Counted from the stretch's first letter, positions 41,301 to 57,300 are shown. The stretch is 64,000 nucleotides of DNA from Auanema rhodensis (GCA_964057225.1 OZ059894.1:5332001-5396000), one strand, 5' to 3'. The notes: generated by a model from the sequence alone, not told the origin. Translations and numbers: made by a program.

Positions 41301-44300
41301 TGAACTTTAATTTATGCTTATTAAGTGTACACATGATGTGCGCTTGGTACGTAACTCGCTTCACATGAAAGATAAAGAGATGCGGTTTTCAAAATTAGAT
41401 TCCCCATGTCCATATTAGTCTAAAAACAAATTTGTATTGATATTGGTGGATGGTAACCATGACTTTGAAATTTACGTGAACTTCAATTTATGCTAATTAA
41501 GTGTACACGTGATGTGCCCTTGGTATGTAACTCGCTTCACGTGAAAGATAAAGAGATGCGGTTTTCAAAATTAGATTCCCCATGTCCATATTAGTCTTAA
41601 AACAAATTTTTGTTGATATTGGTGGATGGTAACCATGACTTTCAAATTTACGTGAACTTTCATTTATGCTAATTAAGTGTACACATGATGTGCGCTTGGT
41701 ACGTAACTCGCTTCACATGAAAGATAAAGAGATGCGGTTTTCAAAATTAGATTCCCCATGTCCATATTAGTCTAAAAACAAATTTGTATTGATATTGGTG
41801 GATGGTAACCATGACTTTGAAATTTACGTGAACTTCAATTTATGCTAATTAAGTGTACACGTGATGTGCCCTTGGTATGTAACTCGCTTCACGTGAAAGA
41901 TAAAGAGATGCGGTTTTCAAAATTAGATTCCCCATGTCCATATTAGTCTAAAAACAAATTTTTGTTGATATTGGTGGATGGTAACCATGACTTTCAAATT
42001 TACGTGAACTTTCATTTATGCTAATTAAGTGTACACATGATGTGCACTTGGTATGTAACTCGCTTCACGTGAAAGATAAAGAGATGCGGTTTTCAAAATA
42101 GATTCCCCATTTCCATATTAGTCTAAAAACAAATTTTTATTGATATTGGTGCATGGCAACCATGACTTTAAAATTTACGTGAACTTTAATTTATGCTAAT
42201 TAAGTGTACACATGATGTGCACTTGGTATGTAACTCGCTTCACGTCAATGATAAAGAGATGCGGTTTTCAAAATTAGATTCCTCATGTCCATATAAGTCT
42301 AAAAACGAATTTTTATCGATATTGATGCATGGTAACCATGACTTCGAAATTTACGTGAACTTTAATTTATGCTTATTAAGTGTACATGTGATGTGCACTT
42401 GGTATGTAACTCGCTTCACGTCAAAGATAAAGAGATGCGGTTTTCAAAATAAGATTCCCCATGTCCATATTAGTCTAAAAACAAATTTTTATTAATATTG
42501 GTGCATGGTAACCATGACTTTGAAATTTACGTGAACTTTAATTTATGCTAATTAAGTATACACGTGATGTGCACTTGGTATGTAACTCGTTTCACGTGAA
42601 AGATGAAGAGATGCGGTTTTCAAAATTAGATTCCCCATGTCCATATTAGTCTAAAAACAAATTTTTGTTGATATTGGTGGATGGTAACCATGACTTTGAA
42701 ATTTACGTGAACTTTAATTTATGCTAATTAAGTGTACACGTGATGTGCACTTGGTATGTAACTAGCTTCACGTGAAAGATGAAGAGATGCGGTTTTCAAA
42801 ATTAGATTCCCCATGTCCATATTAGTCTAAAAACAACTTTTGTTGATATTGGTGGATGGTAACCATGACTTTCAAATTTACGTGAACTTTAATTTATGCT
42901 AATTAAGTGTACACATGATGTGCACTTGGTATGTAACTCGCTTCACGTGAAAGATAAAGAGATGCGGTTTTCAAAATAGATTCCCCATTTCCATATTAGT
43001 CTAAAAACAAATTTTTATTGATATTGGTGCATGGCAACCATGACTTTAAAATTTACGTGAACTTTAATTTATGCTAATTAAGTGTACACATGATGTGCAC
43101 TTGGTATGTAACTCGCTTCACGTCAATGATAAAGAGATGCGGTTTTCAAAATTAGATTCCTCATGTCCATATAAGTCTAAAAACGAATTTTTATTGATAT
43201 TGATGCATGGTAACCATGACTTCGAAAATTACGTGAACTTTAATTTATGCTTATTAAGTGTACATGTGATGTGCACTTGGTATGTAACTCGCTTCACGTC
43301 AAAGATAAAGAGATGCGGTTTTCAAAATTAGATTCCCCATGTCCATATTAGTCTAAAAACAAATTTTTATTGATATTGGTGCATGGTAACCATGACTTTG
43401 AAATTTACGTGAACTTTAATTTATGCTAATTAAGTGTACACGTGATGTGCACTTGGTATGTAACTCGCTTCACGTGGAAGATGAAGAGATGCGGTTTTCA
43501 AAATTAGATTTCTCATGTCCATATTAGTCTAAAAACAAATTTTTGTTGATATTGGTGGATGGTAACCATGACTTTGAAATTTACGTGAACTTTAATTTAT
43601 GCTAATTAAGTGTACACGTGATGTGCACTTGGTATGTAACTAGCTTCACGTGAAAGATGAAGAGATGCGGTTTTCAAAATTAGATTCCCCATGTCCATAT
43701 TAGTCTAAAAACAAATTTTTGTTGATATTGGTGGATGGTAACCATGACTTTCAAATTTACGTGAACTTCAATTTATGCTAATTAAGTGTACACGTGATGT
43801 GCCCTTGGTATGTAACTCGCTTCACGTGAAAGATAAAGAGATGCGGTTTTCAAAATAGATTCCCCATTTCCATATTAGTCTAAAAACAAATTTTTATTGA
43901 TATTGGTGCATGGCAACCATGACTTTAAAATTTACGTGAACTTTCATTTATGCTAATTAAGTGTACACATGATGTGCACTTGGTATGTAACTCGCTTCAC
44001 GTGAAAGATAAAGAGATGCGGTTTTCAAAATAGATTCCCCATTTCCATATTAGTCTAAAAACAAATTTTTATTGATATTGGTGCATGGCAACCATGACTT
44101 TAAAATTTACGTGAACTTTAATTTATGCTAATTAAGTGTACACATGATGTGCACTTGGTATGTAACTCGCTTCACGTCAATGATAAAGAGATGCGGTTTT
44201 CAAAATTAGATTCCCCATATCCATATTAGTCTAAAAACAAATTTGTATTGATATTGGTGCATGGTAACCATGACTTTGAAATTTACGTGAACTTTAATTT

Positions 44301-46409
44301 ATGCTTATTAAGTGTACATGTGATGTGCACTTGGTATGTAACTCGCTTCACGTGGAAGATGAAGAGATGCGGTTTTCAAAATTAGATTCCTCATGTCCAT
44401 ATTAGTCTAAAAACAAATTTTTGTTGATATTGGTGCATGGTAACCATGACTTTGAAATTTACGTGAACTTTAATTTATGCTAATTAAGTGTACACGTGAT
44501 GTGCCCTTGGTATGTAACTCGCTTCACGTGAAAGATAAAGAGATGCGGTTTTCAAAATAGATTCCCCATTTCCATATTAGTCTAAAAACAAATTTTTATT
44601 GATATTGGTGCATGGCAACCATGACTTTAAAATTTACGTGAACTTTCATTTATGCTAATTAAGTGTACACATGATGTGCACTTGGTATGTAACTCGCTTC
44701 ACGTGAAAGATAAAGAGATGCGGTTTTCAAAATAGATTCCCCATTTCCATATTAGTCTAAAAACAAATTTTTATTGATATTGGTGCATGGCAACCATGAC
44801 TTTAAAATTTACGTGAACTTTAATTTATGCTAATTAAGTGTACACATGATGTGTACTTGGTATGTAACTCGCTTCACGTCAATGATAAAGAGATGCGGTT
44901 TTCAAAATTAGATTCCTCATGTCCATATAAGTCTAGAAACGAATTTTTATTGATATTGATGCATGGTAACCATGACTTCGAAATTTACGTGAACTTTAAT
45001 TTATGCTTATTAAGTGTACATGTGATATGCACTTGGTATGTAACTCGCTTCACGTCAAAGATAAAGAGATGCGGTTTTCAAAATTAGATTCCCCATGTCC
45101 ATATTAGTCTAAAAACAAATTTTTATTGATATTGGTGCATGGTAACCATGACTTTGAAATTTACGTGAACTTTAATTTATGCTTATTAAGTGTACACATG
45201 ATGTGCACTTGGTATGTAACTCGCTTCACGTCAAAGATAAAGAGATGCGGTTTTCAAAATTAGATTCCCCATGTCCATATTAGTCTAAAAACAAATTTTT
45301 ATTGATATTGGTGCATGGTAACCATGACTTTGAAATTTACGTGAACTTTAATTTATGCTAATTAAGTGTACACGTGATGTGCACTTGGTATGTATCTCGC
45401 TTCACGTGAAAGATGAAGAGATGCGGTTTTCAAAATTAGATTCCCCATGTTCATATTAGTCTAAAAACAAATTTTTATTGATATTGGTGCATGGCAACCA
45501 TGACTTTAAAATTTACGTGAACTTTAATTTATGCTAATTAAGTGTACACATGATGTGCACTTGGTATGTAACTCGCTTCACGTCAAAGATAAAGAGATGC
45601 GGTTTTCAAAATAGATTCCCCATTTCCATATTAGTCTAAAAACAAATTTTTATTGATATTGGTGCATGGCAACCATGACTTTAAAATTTACGTGAACTTT
45701 AATTTATGCTAATTAAGTGTACACATGATGTGCACTTGGTATGTAACTCGCTTCACGTCAAAGATAAAGAGATGCGGTTTTCAAAGTTAGATTCCCCATG
45801 TCCATATTAGTCTAAAAAGAAATTTTTATTAATATTGGTGCATGGTAACCATGACTTTGAAATTTACGTGAACTTTAATTTATGCTAATTAAGTGTACAC
45901 ATGATGTGCACTTGGTATGTAACTCGCTTCACGTCAAAGATAAAGAGATGCGGTTTTCAAAGTTAGATTCCCCATGTCCATATTAGTCTAAAAACAAATT
46001 TTTATTAATATTGGTGCATGGTAACCATGACTTTGAAATTTACGTGAACTTTAATTTATGCTAATTAAGTGTACACATGATGTGCACTTGGTATGTAACT
46101 CGCTTCACGTCAAAGATAAAGAGATGCGGTTTTCAAAGTTAGATTCCCCATGTCCATATTAGTCTAAAAACAAATTTTTATTAATATTGGTGCATGGTAA
46201 CCATGACTTTGAAATTTACGTGAACTTTAATTTATGCTAACTAAGTGTACACATGATGTGCGCTTGGTACGTAACTCGCTTCACGTGAAAGATAAAGAGA
46301 TGCGGTTTTCAAAATTAGATTCCCCATGTCCATATTAGTCTAAAAACAAATTTTTATTAATATTGGTGCATGGTAACCATGACTTTGAAATTTACGTGAA
46401 CTTTAATTT

Positions 46410-49400
46410 ATGCTAATTAAGTGTACACATGATGTGCGCTTGGTACGTAACTCGCTTCACGTGAAAGATAAAGAGATGCGGTTTTCAAAATTAGATTCCC
46501 CATGTTCATATTAGTCTAAAAACAAATTTTTATTAATATTGGTGCATGGTAACCATGACTTTGAAATTTACGTGAACTTTAATTTATGCTAACTAAGTGT
46601 ACACATGATGTGCGCTTGGTACGTAACTCGCTTCACGTGAAAGATGAAGAGATGCGGTTTTCAAAATTAGATTCCCCATGTCCATATTAGTCTAAAAACA
46701 AATTTTTATTGATATTGGTGCATGGCAACCATGACTTTAAAATTTACGTGAACTTTAATTTATGCTAATTAAGTGTACACATGATGTGCACTTGGTATGT
46801 AACTCGCTTCACGTCAATGATAAAGAGATGCGGTTTTCAAAATTAGATTCCTCATGTCCATATAAGTCTAAAAACGAATTTTTATTGATATTGATGCATG
46901 TTAACCATGACTTCGAAATTTACGTGAACTTTAATTTATGCTTATTAAGTGTACATGTGATGTGCACTTGGTATGTAACTCGCTTCACGTCAAAGATAAA
47001 GAGATGCGGTTTTCAAAATTAGATTCCCCATGTCCATATTAGTCTAAAAACAAATTTTTATTGATATTGGTGCATGGTAACCATGACTTTGAAATTTACG
47101 TGAACTTTAATTTATGCTAATTAAGTGTACACGTGATGTGCACTTGGTATGTAACTCGCTTCACGTGAAAGATGAAGAGATGCGGTTTTCAAAATTAGAT
47201 TCCCCATGTCCATATTAGTCTAAAAACAAATTTTTGTTGATATTGGTGGATGGTAACCATGACTTTGAAATTTACGTGAACTTTAATTTATGCTAATTAA
47301 GTGTACACGTGATGTGCACTTGGTATGTAACTAGCTTCACGTGAAAGATGAAGAGATGCGGTTTTCAAAATTAGATTCCCCATGTCCATATTAGTCTAAA
47401 AACAAATTTTTGTTGATATTGGTGGATGGTAACCATGACTTTCAAATTTACGTGAACTTCAATTTATGCTAATTAAGTGTACACGTGATGTGCCCTTGGT
47501 ATGTAACTCGCTTCACGTCAAAGATAAAGAGATGCGGTTTTCAAAATTAGATTCCCCATGTCCATATTAGTCTGAAAACAAATTTTTATTAATATTGGTG
47601 CATGGTAACCATGACTTTGAAATTTACGTGAACTTTAATTTATGCTAATTAAGTGTACACGTGATGTGCACTTGGTATGTAACTCGCTTCACGTGGAAGA
47701 TGAAGAGATGCGGTTTTCAAAATTAGATTCCTCATGTCCATATTAGTCTAAAAACAAATTTTTGTTGATATTGGTGGATGGTAACCATGACTTTGAAATT
47801 TACGTGAACTTTAATTTATGCTAATTAAGTGTACACGTGATGTGCACTTGGTATGTAACTCGCTTCACGTGAAAGATGAAGAGATGCGGTTTTCAAAATA
47901 GATTCCCCATTTCCATATTAGTCTGAAAACAAATTTTTATTAATATTGGTGCATGGTAACCATGACTTTGAAATTTACGTGAACTTTAATTTATGCTAAT
48001 TAAGTGTACACGTGATGTGCACTTGGTATGTAACTCGCTTCACGTGGAAGATGAAGAGATGCGGTTTTCAAAATTAGATTCCCCATGTCCATATTAGTCT
48101 AAAAACAAATTTTTGTTGATATTGGTGGATGGTAACCATGACTTTGAAATTTACGTGAACTTTAATTTATGCTAATTAAGTGTACACGTGATGTGCACTT
48201 GGTATGTAACTCGCTTCACGTGAAAGATGAAGAGATGCGGTTTTCAAAATAGATTCCCCATTTCCATAATAGTCTAAAAACAAATTTTTATTAATATTGG
48301 TGCATGGTAACCATGACTTTGAAATTTACGTGAACTTTAATTTATGCTAATTAAGTGTGCACGTGATGTGCACTTGGTATGCAACTCGCTTCACGTGAAA
48401 GATGAAGAGATGCGGTTTTCAAAATTAGATTTTTCATGTCCATATTAGTCTAAAAACAAATTTTTGTTGATATTGGTGGATGGTAACCATGACTTTCAAA
48501 TTTACGTGAACTTCAATTTATGCTAATTAAGTGTACACGTGATGTGCCCTTGGTATGTAACTCGCTTCACGTCAAAGATAAAGAGATGCGGTTTTCAAAA
48601 TTAGATTCCCCATGTCCATATTAGTCTAAAAACAAATTTTTATTGATATTGGTGCATGGTAACCATGACTTTGAAATTTACGTGAACTTTAATTTATGCT
48701 AATTAAGTGTACACGTGATGTGCACTTGGTATGTAACTCGCTTCACGTGAAAGATGAAGAGATGCGGTTTTCAAAATTAGATTCCTCATGTCCATATTAG
48801 TCTAAAAACAAATTTTTGTTGATATTGGTGCATGGTAACCATGACTTTGAAATTTACGTGAACTTTAATTTATGCTAATTAAGTGTACACGTGATGTGCC
48901 CTTGGTATGTAACTCGCTTCACGTGAAAGATAAAGAGATGCGGTTTTCAAAATAGATTCCCCATTTCCATATTAGTCTAAAAACAAATTTTTATTGATAT
49001 TGGTGCATGGCAACCATGACTTTAAAATTTACGTGAACTTTCATTTATGCTAATTAAGTGTACACATGATGTGCACTTGGTATGTAACTCGCTTCACGTG
49101 AAAGATAAAGAGATGCGGTTTTCAAAATAGATTCCCCATTTCCATATTAGTCTAAAAACAAATTTTTATTGATATTGGTGCATGGCAACCATGACTTTAA
49201 AATTTACGTGAACTTTAATTTATGCTAATTAAGTGTACACATGATGTGCACTTGGTATGTAACTCGCTTCACGTGGAAGATGAAGAGATGCGGTTTTCAA
49301 AATTAGATTCCTCATGTCCATATTAGTCTAAAAACAAATTTTTGTTGATATTGGTGGATGGTAACCATGACTTTGAAATTTACGTGAACTTTAATTTATG

Positions 49401-52400
49401 CTAATTAAGTGTACACGTGATGTGCACTTGGTATGTAACTCGCTTCACGTGAAAGATGAAGAGATGCGGTTTTCAAAATAGATTCCCCATTTCCATATTA
49501 GTCTGAAAACAAATTTTTATTAATATTGGTGCATGGTAACCATGACTTTGAAATTTACGTGAACTTTAATTTATGCTAATTAAGTGTACACGTGATGTGC
49601 ACTTGGTATGTAACTCGCTTCACGTGGAAGATGAAGAGATGCGGTTTTCAAAATTAGATTCCCCATGTCCATATTAGTCTAAAAACAAATTTTTGTTGAT
49701 ATTGGTGGATGGTAACCATGACTTTGAAATTTACGTGAACTTTAATTTATGCTAATTAAGTGTACACGTGATGTGCACTTGGTATGTAACTCGCTTCACG
49801 TGGAAGATGAAGAGATGCGGTTTTCAAAATTAGATTCCCCATGTCCATATTAGTCTAAAAACAAATTTTTATTAATATTGGTGCATGGTAACCATGACTT
49901 TGAAATTTACGTGAACTTTAATTTATGCTAATTAAGTGTACACATGATGTGCGCTTGGTACGTAACTCGCTTCACGTGAAAGATAAAGAGATGCGGTTTT
50001 CAAAATTAGATTCCCCATGTCCATATTAGTCTAAAAACAAATTTTTATTAATATTGGTGCATGGTAACCATGACTTTGAAATTTACGTGAACTTTAATTT
50101 ATGCTAACTAAGTGTACACATGATGTGCGCTTGGTACGTAACTCGCTTCACGTGAAAGATAAAGAGATGCGGTTTTCAAAATTAGATTCCCCATGTCCAT
50201 ATTAGTCTAAAAACAAATTTTTATTGATATTGGTGCATGGCAACCATGACTTTAAAATTTACGTGAACTTTAATTTATGCTAATTAAGTGTACACATGAT
50301 GTGCACTTGGTATGTAACTCGCTTCACGTCAATGATAAAGAGATGCGGTTTTCAAAATTAGATTCCTCATGTCCATATAAGTCTAAAAACGAATTTTTTT
50401 TGATATTGATGCATGTTAACCATGACTTCGAAATTTACGTGAACTTTAATTTATGCTTATTAAGTGTACATGTGATGTGCACTTGGTATGTAACTCGCTT
50501 CACGTCAAAGATAAAGAGATGCGGTTTTCAAAATTAGATTCCCCATGTCCATATTAGTCTAAAAACAAATTTTTATTGATATTGGTGCATGGTAACCATG
50601 ACTTTGAAATTTACGTGAACTTTAATTTATGCTAATTAAGTGTACACGTGATGTGCACTTGGTATGTAACTCGCTTCACGTGAAAGATGAAGAGATGCGG
50701 TTTTCAAAATTAGATTCCCCATGTCCATATTAGTCTAAAAACAAATTTTTGTTGATATTGGTGGATGGTAACCATGACTTTGAAATTTACGTGAACTTTA
50801 ATTTATGCTAATTAAGTGTACACGTGATGTGCACTTGGTATGTAACTAGCTTCACGTGAAAGATGAAGAGATGCGGTTTTCAAAATTAGATTCCCCATGT
50901 CCATATTAGTCTAAAAAGAAATTTTTGTTGATATTGGTGGATGGTAACCATGACTTTCAAATTTACGTGAACTTCAATTTATGCTAATTAAGTGTACACG
51001 TGATGTGCCCTTGGTATGTAACTCGCTTCACGTCAAAGATAAAGAGATGCGGTTTTCAAAATTAGATTCCCCATGTCCATATTAGTCTGAAAACAAATTT
51101 TTATTAATATTGGTGCATGGTAACCATGACTTTGAAATTTACGTGAACTTTAATTTATGCTAATTAAGTGTACACGTGATGTGCACTTGGTATGTAACTC
51201 GCTTCACGTGGAAGATGAAGAGATGCGGTTTTCAAAATTAGATTCCTCATGTCCATATTAGTCTAAAAACAAATTTTTGTTGATATTGGTGGATGGTAAC
51301 CATGACTTTGAAATTTACGTGAACTTTAATTTATGCTAATTAAGTGTACACGTGATGTGCACTTGGTATGTAACTCGCTTCACGTGAAAGATGAAGAGAT
51401 GCGGTTTTCAAAATAGATTCCCCATTTCCATATTAGTCTGAAAACAAATTTTTATTAATATTGGTGCATGGTAACCATGACTTTGAAATTTACGTGAACT
51501 TTAATTTATGCTAATTAAGTGTACACGTGATGTGCACTTGGTATGTAACTCGCTTCACGTGGAAGATGAAGAGATGCGGTTTTCAAAATTAGATTCCCCA
51601 TGTCCATATTAGTCTAAAAACAAATTTTTGTTGATATTGGTGGATGGTAACCATGACTTTGAAATTTACGTGAACTTTAATTTATGCTAATTAAGTGTAC
51701 ACGTGATGTGCACTTGGTATGTAACTCGCTTCACGTGAAAGATGAAGAGATGCGGTTTTCAAAATAGATTCCCCATTTCCATATTAGTCTAAAAACAAAT
51801 TTTTATTAATATTGGTGCATGGTAACCATGACTTTGAAATTTACGTGAACTTTAATTTATGCTAATTAAGTGTGCACGTGATGTGCACTTGGTATGCAAC
51901 TCGCTTCACGTGAAAGATGAAGAGATGCGGTTTTCAAAATTAGATTTCTCATGTCCATATTAGTCTAAAAACAAATTTTTGTTGATATTGGTGGATGGTA
52001 ACCATGACTTTCAAATTTACGTGAACTTCAATTTATGCTAATTAAGTGTACACGTGATGTGCCCTTGGTATGTAACTCGCTTCACGTCAAAGATACAGAG
52101 ATGCGGTTTTCAAAATTAGATTCCCCATGTCCATATTAGTCTAAAAACAAATTTTTATTGATATTGGTGCATGGTAACCATGACTTTGAAATTTACGTGA
52201 ACTTTAATTTATGCTAATTAAGTGTACACGTGATGTGCACTTGGTATGTAACTCGCTTCACGTGAAAGATGAAGAGATGCGGTTTTCAAAATTAGATTCC
52301 TCATGTCCATATTAGTCTAAAAACAAATTTTTGTTGATATTGGTGCATGGTAACCATGACTTTGAAATTTACGTGAACTTTAATTTATGCTAATTAAGTG

Positions 52401-54316
52401 TACACGTGATGTGCCCTTGGTATGTAACTCGCTTCACGTGAAAGATAAAGAGATGCGGTTTTCAAAATAGATTCCCCATTTCCATATTAGTCTAAAAACA
52501 AATTTTTATTGATATTGGTGCATGGCAACCATGACTTTAAAATTTACGTGAACTTTCATTTATGCTAATTAAGTGTACACATGATGTGCACTTGGTATGT
52601 AACTCGCTTCACGTGAAAGATAAAGAGATGCGGTTTTCAAAATAGATTCCCCATTTCCATATTAGTCTAAAAACAAATTTTTATTGATATTGGTGCATGG
52701 CAACCATGACTTTAAAATTTACGTGAACTTTAATTTATGCTAATTAAGTGTACACATGATGTGCACTTGGTATGTAACTCGCTTCACGTGGAAGATGAAG
52801 AGATGCGGTTTTCAAAATTAGATTCCTCATGTCCATATTAGTCTAAAAACAAATTTTTGTTGATATTGGTGGATGGTAACCATGACTTTGAAATTTACGT
52901 GAACTTTAATTTATGCTAATTAAGTGTACACGTGATGTGCACTTGGTATGTAACTCGCTTCACGTGAAAGATGAAGAGATGCGGTTTTCAAAATAGATTC
53001 CCCATTTCCATATTAGTCTGAAAACAAATTTTTATTAATATTGGTGCATGGTAACCATGACTTTGAAATTTACGTGAACTTTAATTTATGCTAATTAAGT
53101 GTACACGTGATGTGCACTTGGTATGTAACTCGCTTCACGTGGAAGATGAAGAGATGCGGTTTTCAAAATTAGATTCCCCATGTCCATATTAGTCTAAAAA
53201 CAAATTTTTGTTGATATTGGTGGATGGTAACCATGACTTTGAAATTTACGTGAACTTTAATTTATGCTAATTAAGTGTACACGTGATGTGCACTTGGTAT
53301 GTAACTCGCTTCACGTGAAAGATGAAGAGATGCGGTTTTCAAAATAGATTCCCCATTTCCATATTAGTCTAAAAACAAATTTTTATTAATATTGGTGCAT
53401 GGTAACCATGACTTTGAAATTTACGTGAACTTTAATTTATGCTAATTAAGTGTGCACGTGATGTGCACTTGGTATGCAACTCGCTTCACGTGAAAGATGA
53501 AGAGATGCGGTTTTCAAAATTAGATTTCTCATGTCCATATTAGTCTAAAAACAAATTTTTGTTGATATTGGTGGATGGTAACCATGACTTTCAAATTTAC
53601 GTGAACTTCAATTTATGCTAATTAAGTGTACACGTGATGTGCCCTTGGTATGTAACTCGCTTCACGTCAAAGATAAAGAGATGCGGTTTTCAAAATTAGA
53701 TTCCCCATGTCCATATTAGTCTAAAAACAAATTTTCATTGATATTGGTGCATGGTAACCATGACTTTGAAATTTACGTGAACTTTAATTTATGCTAATTA
53801 AGTGTACACGTGATGTGCACTTGGTATGTAACTCGCTTCACGTGAAAGATGAAGAGATGCGGTTTTCAAAATTAGATTCCTCATGTCCATATTAGTCTAA
53901 AAACAAATTTTTGTTGATATTGGTGCATGGTAACCATGACTTTGAAATTTACGTGAACTTTAATTTATGCTAATTAAGTGTACACGTGATGTGCCCTTGG
54001 TATGTAACTCGCTTCACGTGAAAGATAAAGAGATGCGGTTTTCAAAATAGATTCCCCATTTCCATATTAGTCTAAAAACAAATTTTTATTGATATTGGTG
54101 CATGGCAACCATGACTTTAAAATTTACGTGAACTTTCATTTATGCTAATTAAGTGTACACATGATGTGCACTTGGTATGTAACTCGCTTCACGTGAAAGA
54201 TAAAGAGATGCGGTTTTCAAAATAGATTCCCCATTTCCATATTAGTCTAAAAACAAATTTTTATTGATATTGGTGCATGGCAACCATGACTTTAAAATTT
54301 ACGTGAACTTTAATTT
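46410..54316. repeat. 20-mer HOR (3515 bp) built around a 9-mer (1580-bp) core
   Basis: catgttaac monomers at 46762/50277 and the gtgtgcac variant at 48359/51874 are 3515 apart; 51874-53454 is 1580. 9-mer starts at 47642, 51157 and 52737. Confidence 0.85.
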
Positions 54317-57300
54317 ATGCTAATTAAGTGTACACATGATGTGCACTTGGTATGTAACTCGCTTCACGTCAATGATAAAGAGATGCGGTTTTCAAAATTA
54401 GATTCCTCATGTCCATATAAGTCTAGAAACGAATTTTTATTGATATTGATGCATGGTAACCATGACTTCGAAATTTACGTGAACTTTAATTTATGCTTAT
54501 TAAGTGTACATGTGATATGCACTTGGTATGTAACTCGCTTCACGTCAAAGATAAAGAGATGCGGTTTTCAAAATTAGATTCCCCATGTCCATATTAGTCT
54601 AAAAACAAATTTTTATTGATATTGGTGCATGGCAACCATGACTTTAAAATTTACGTGAACTTTAATTTATGCTAATTAAGTGTACACATGATGTGCACTT
54701 GGTATGTAACTCGCTTCACGTCAATGATAAAGAGATGCGGTTTTCAAAATTAGATTCCTCATGTCCATATAAGTCTAAAAACGAATTTTTATTGATATTG
54801 ATGCATGGTAACCATGACTTCGAAATTTACGTGAACTTTAATTTATGCTTATTAAGTGTACATGTGATGTGCACTTGGTATGTAACTCGCTTCACGTCAA
54901 AGATAAAGAGATGCGGTTTTCAAAATTAGATTCCCCATGTCCATATTAGTCTAAAAACAAATTTTTATTGATATTGGTGCATGGTAACCATGACTTTGAA
55001 ATTTACGTGAACTTTAATTTATGCTAATTAAGTGTACACGTGATGTGCACTTGGTATGTAACTCGCTTCACGTGAAAGATGAAGAGATGCGGTTTTCAAA
55101 ATTAGATTCCCCATGTCCATATTAGTCTAAAAACAAATTTTTGTTGATATTGGTCGATGGTAACCATGACTTTGAAATTTACGTGAACTTTAATTTATGC
55201 TAATTAAGTGTACACGTGATGTGCACTTGGTATGTAACTAGCTTCACGTGAAAGATGAAGAGATGCGGTTTTCAAAATTAGATTCCCCATGTCCATATTA
55301 GTCTAAAAACAAATTTTTGTTGATATTGGTGGATGGTAACCATGACTTTCAAATTTACGTGAACTTCAATTTATGCTAATTAAGTGTACACGTGATGTGC
55401 CCTTGGTATGTAACTCGCTTCACGCCAAAGATAAAGAGATGCGGTTTTCAAAATTAGATTCCCCATGTCCATATTAGTCTAAAAACAAATTTTTGTTGAT
55501 ATTGGTCGATGGTAACCATGACTTTGAAATTTACGTGAACTTTAATTTATGCTAATTAAGTGTGCACGTGATGTGCACTTGGTATGCAACTCGCTTCACG
55601 TGAAAGATGAAGAGATGCGGTTTTCAAAATTAGATTTCTCATGTCGATATTAGTCTAAAAACAAATTTTTGTTGATATTGGTGGATGGTAACCATGACTT
55701 CGAAATTTACGTGAACTTTAATTTATGCTTATTAAGTGTACATGTGATGTGCACTTGGTATGTAACTCGCTTCACGTCAAAGATAAAGAGATGCGGTTTT
55801 CAAAATTAGATTCCCCATGTCCATATTAGTCTAAAAACAAATTTTTATTGATATTGGTGCATGGTAACCATGACTTTGAAATTTACGTGAACTTTAATTT
55901 ATGCTAATTAAGTGTACACTTGATGTGCACTTGGTATGTAACTCGCTTCACGTGAAAGATGAAGAGATGCGGTTTTCAAAATTAGATTCCCCATGTCCAT
56001 ATTAGTCTAAAAACAAATTTTTGTTGATATTGGTGGATGGTAACCATGACTTTGAAATTTACGTGAACTTTAATTTATGCTAATTAAGTGTACACGTGAT
56101 GTGCACTTGGTATGTAACTCGCTTCACGTGAAAGATGAAGAGATGCGGTTTTCAAAATAGATTCCCCATTTCCATATTAGTCTAAAAACAAATTTTTATT
56201 GATATTGGTGCATGGTAACCATGACTTTGAAATTTACGTGAACTTTAATTTATGCTAATTAAGTGTACACGTGATGTGCACTTGGTATGTAACTAGCTTC
56301 ACGTGAAAGATGAAGAGATGCGGTTTTCAAAATTAGATTTCTCATGTCCATATTAGTCTAAAAACAAATTTTTATTGATATTGGTGCATGGTAACCATGA
56401 CTTTGAATTTTACGTGAACTTTAATTTATGCTAATTAAGTGTACACGTGATGTGCACTTGGTATGTATCTCGCTTCACGTGAAAGATAAAGAGATGCGGT
56501 TTTCAAAATTAGATTCCTCATGTCCATATTAGTCTAAAAACGAAATTTTATTGATATTGATGCATGGTAACCATGACTTCGAAATTTACGTGAACTTTAA
56601 TTTATGCTTATTAAGTGTACATGTGATGTGCACTTGGTATGTAACTCGCTTCACGTGAAAGATAAAGGGATGCGGTTTTCAAAATTAGATTCCCCATGTC
56701 CATAATAGTCTAAACACAAATTTTTATTGATATTGGTGCATGGTAACCATGACTTTAAATTTTACGTGAACTTTAATTTATGCTAATTAAGTGTACACAT
56801 GATGTGCACATGGTATGTAACTCGCTTCACGTGAAAGATAAAGAGATGCGGTTTTCAAAATAGATTCCCCATTTCCATATTAGTCTAAAAACAAATTTTT
56901 ATTGATATTGGTGCATGGCAACCATGACTTTAAAATTTACGTGAACTTTAATTTATGCTAATTAAGTGTACACATGATGTGCACTTGGTATGTAACTCGC
57001 TTCACGTGAAAGATAAAGAGATGCGGTTTTCAAAATAGATTCCCCATTTCCATATTAGTCTAAAAACAAATTTTTATTGATATTGGTGCATGGCAACCAT
57101 GACTTTAAAATTTACGTGAACTTTAATTTATGCTAATTAAGTGTACACATGATGTGCGCTTGGTACGTAACTCGCTTCACGTGAAAGATAAAGGGATGCG
57201 GTTTTCAAAATAGATTCCCCATTTCCATATTAGTCTAAAAACAAATTTTTATTGATATTGGTGCATGGCAACCATGACTTTAAAATTTACGTGAACTTTA

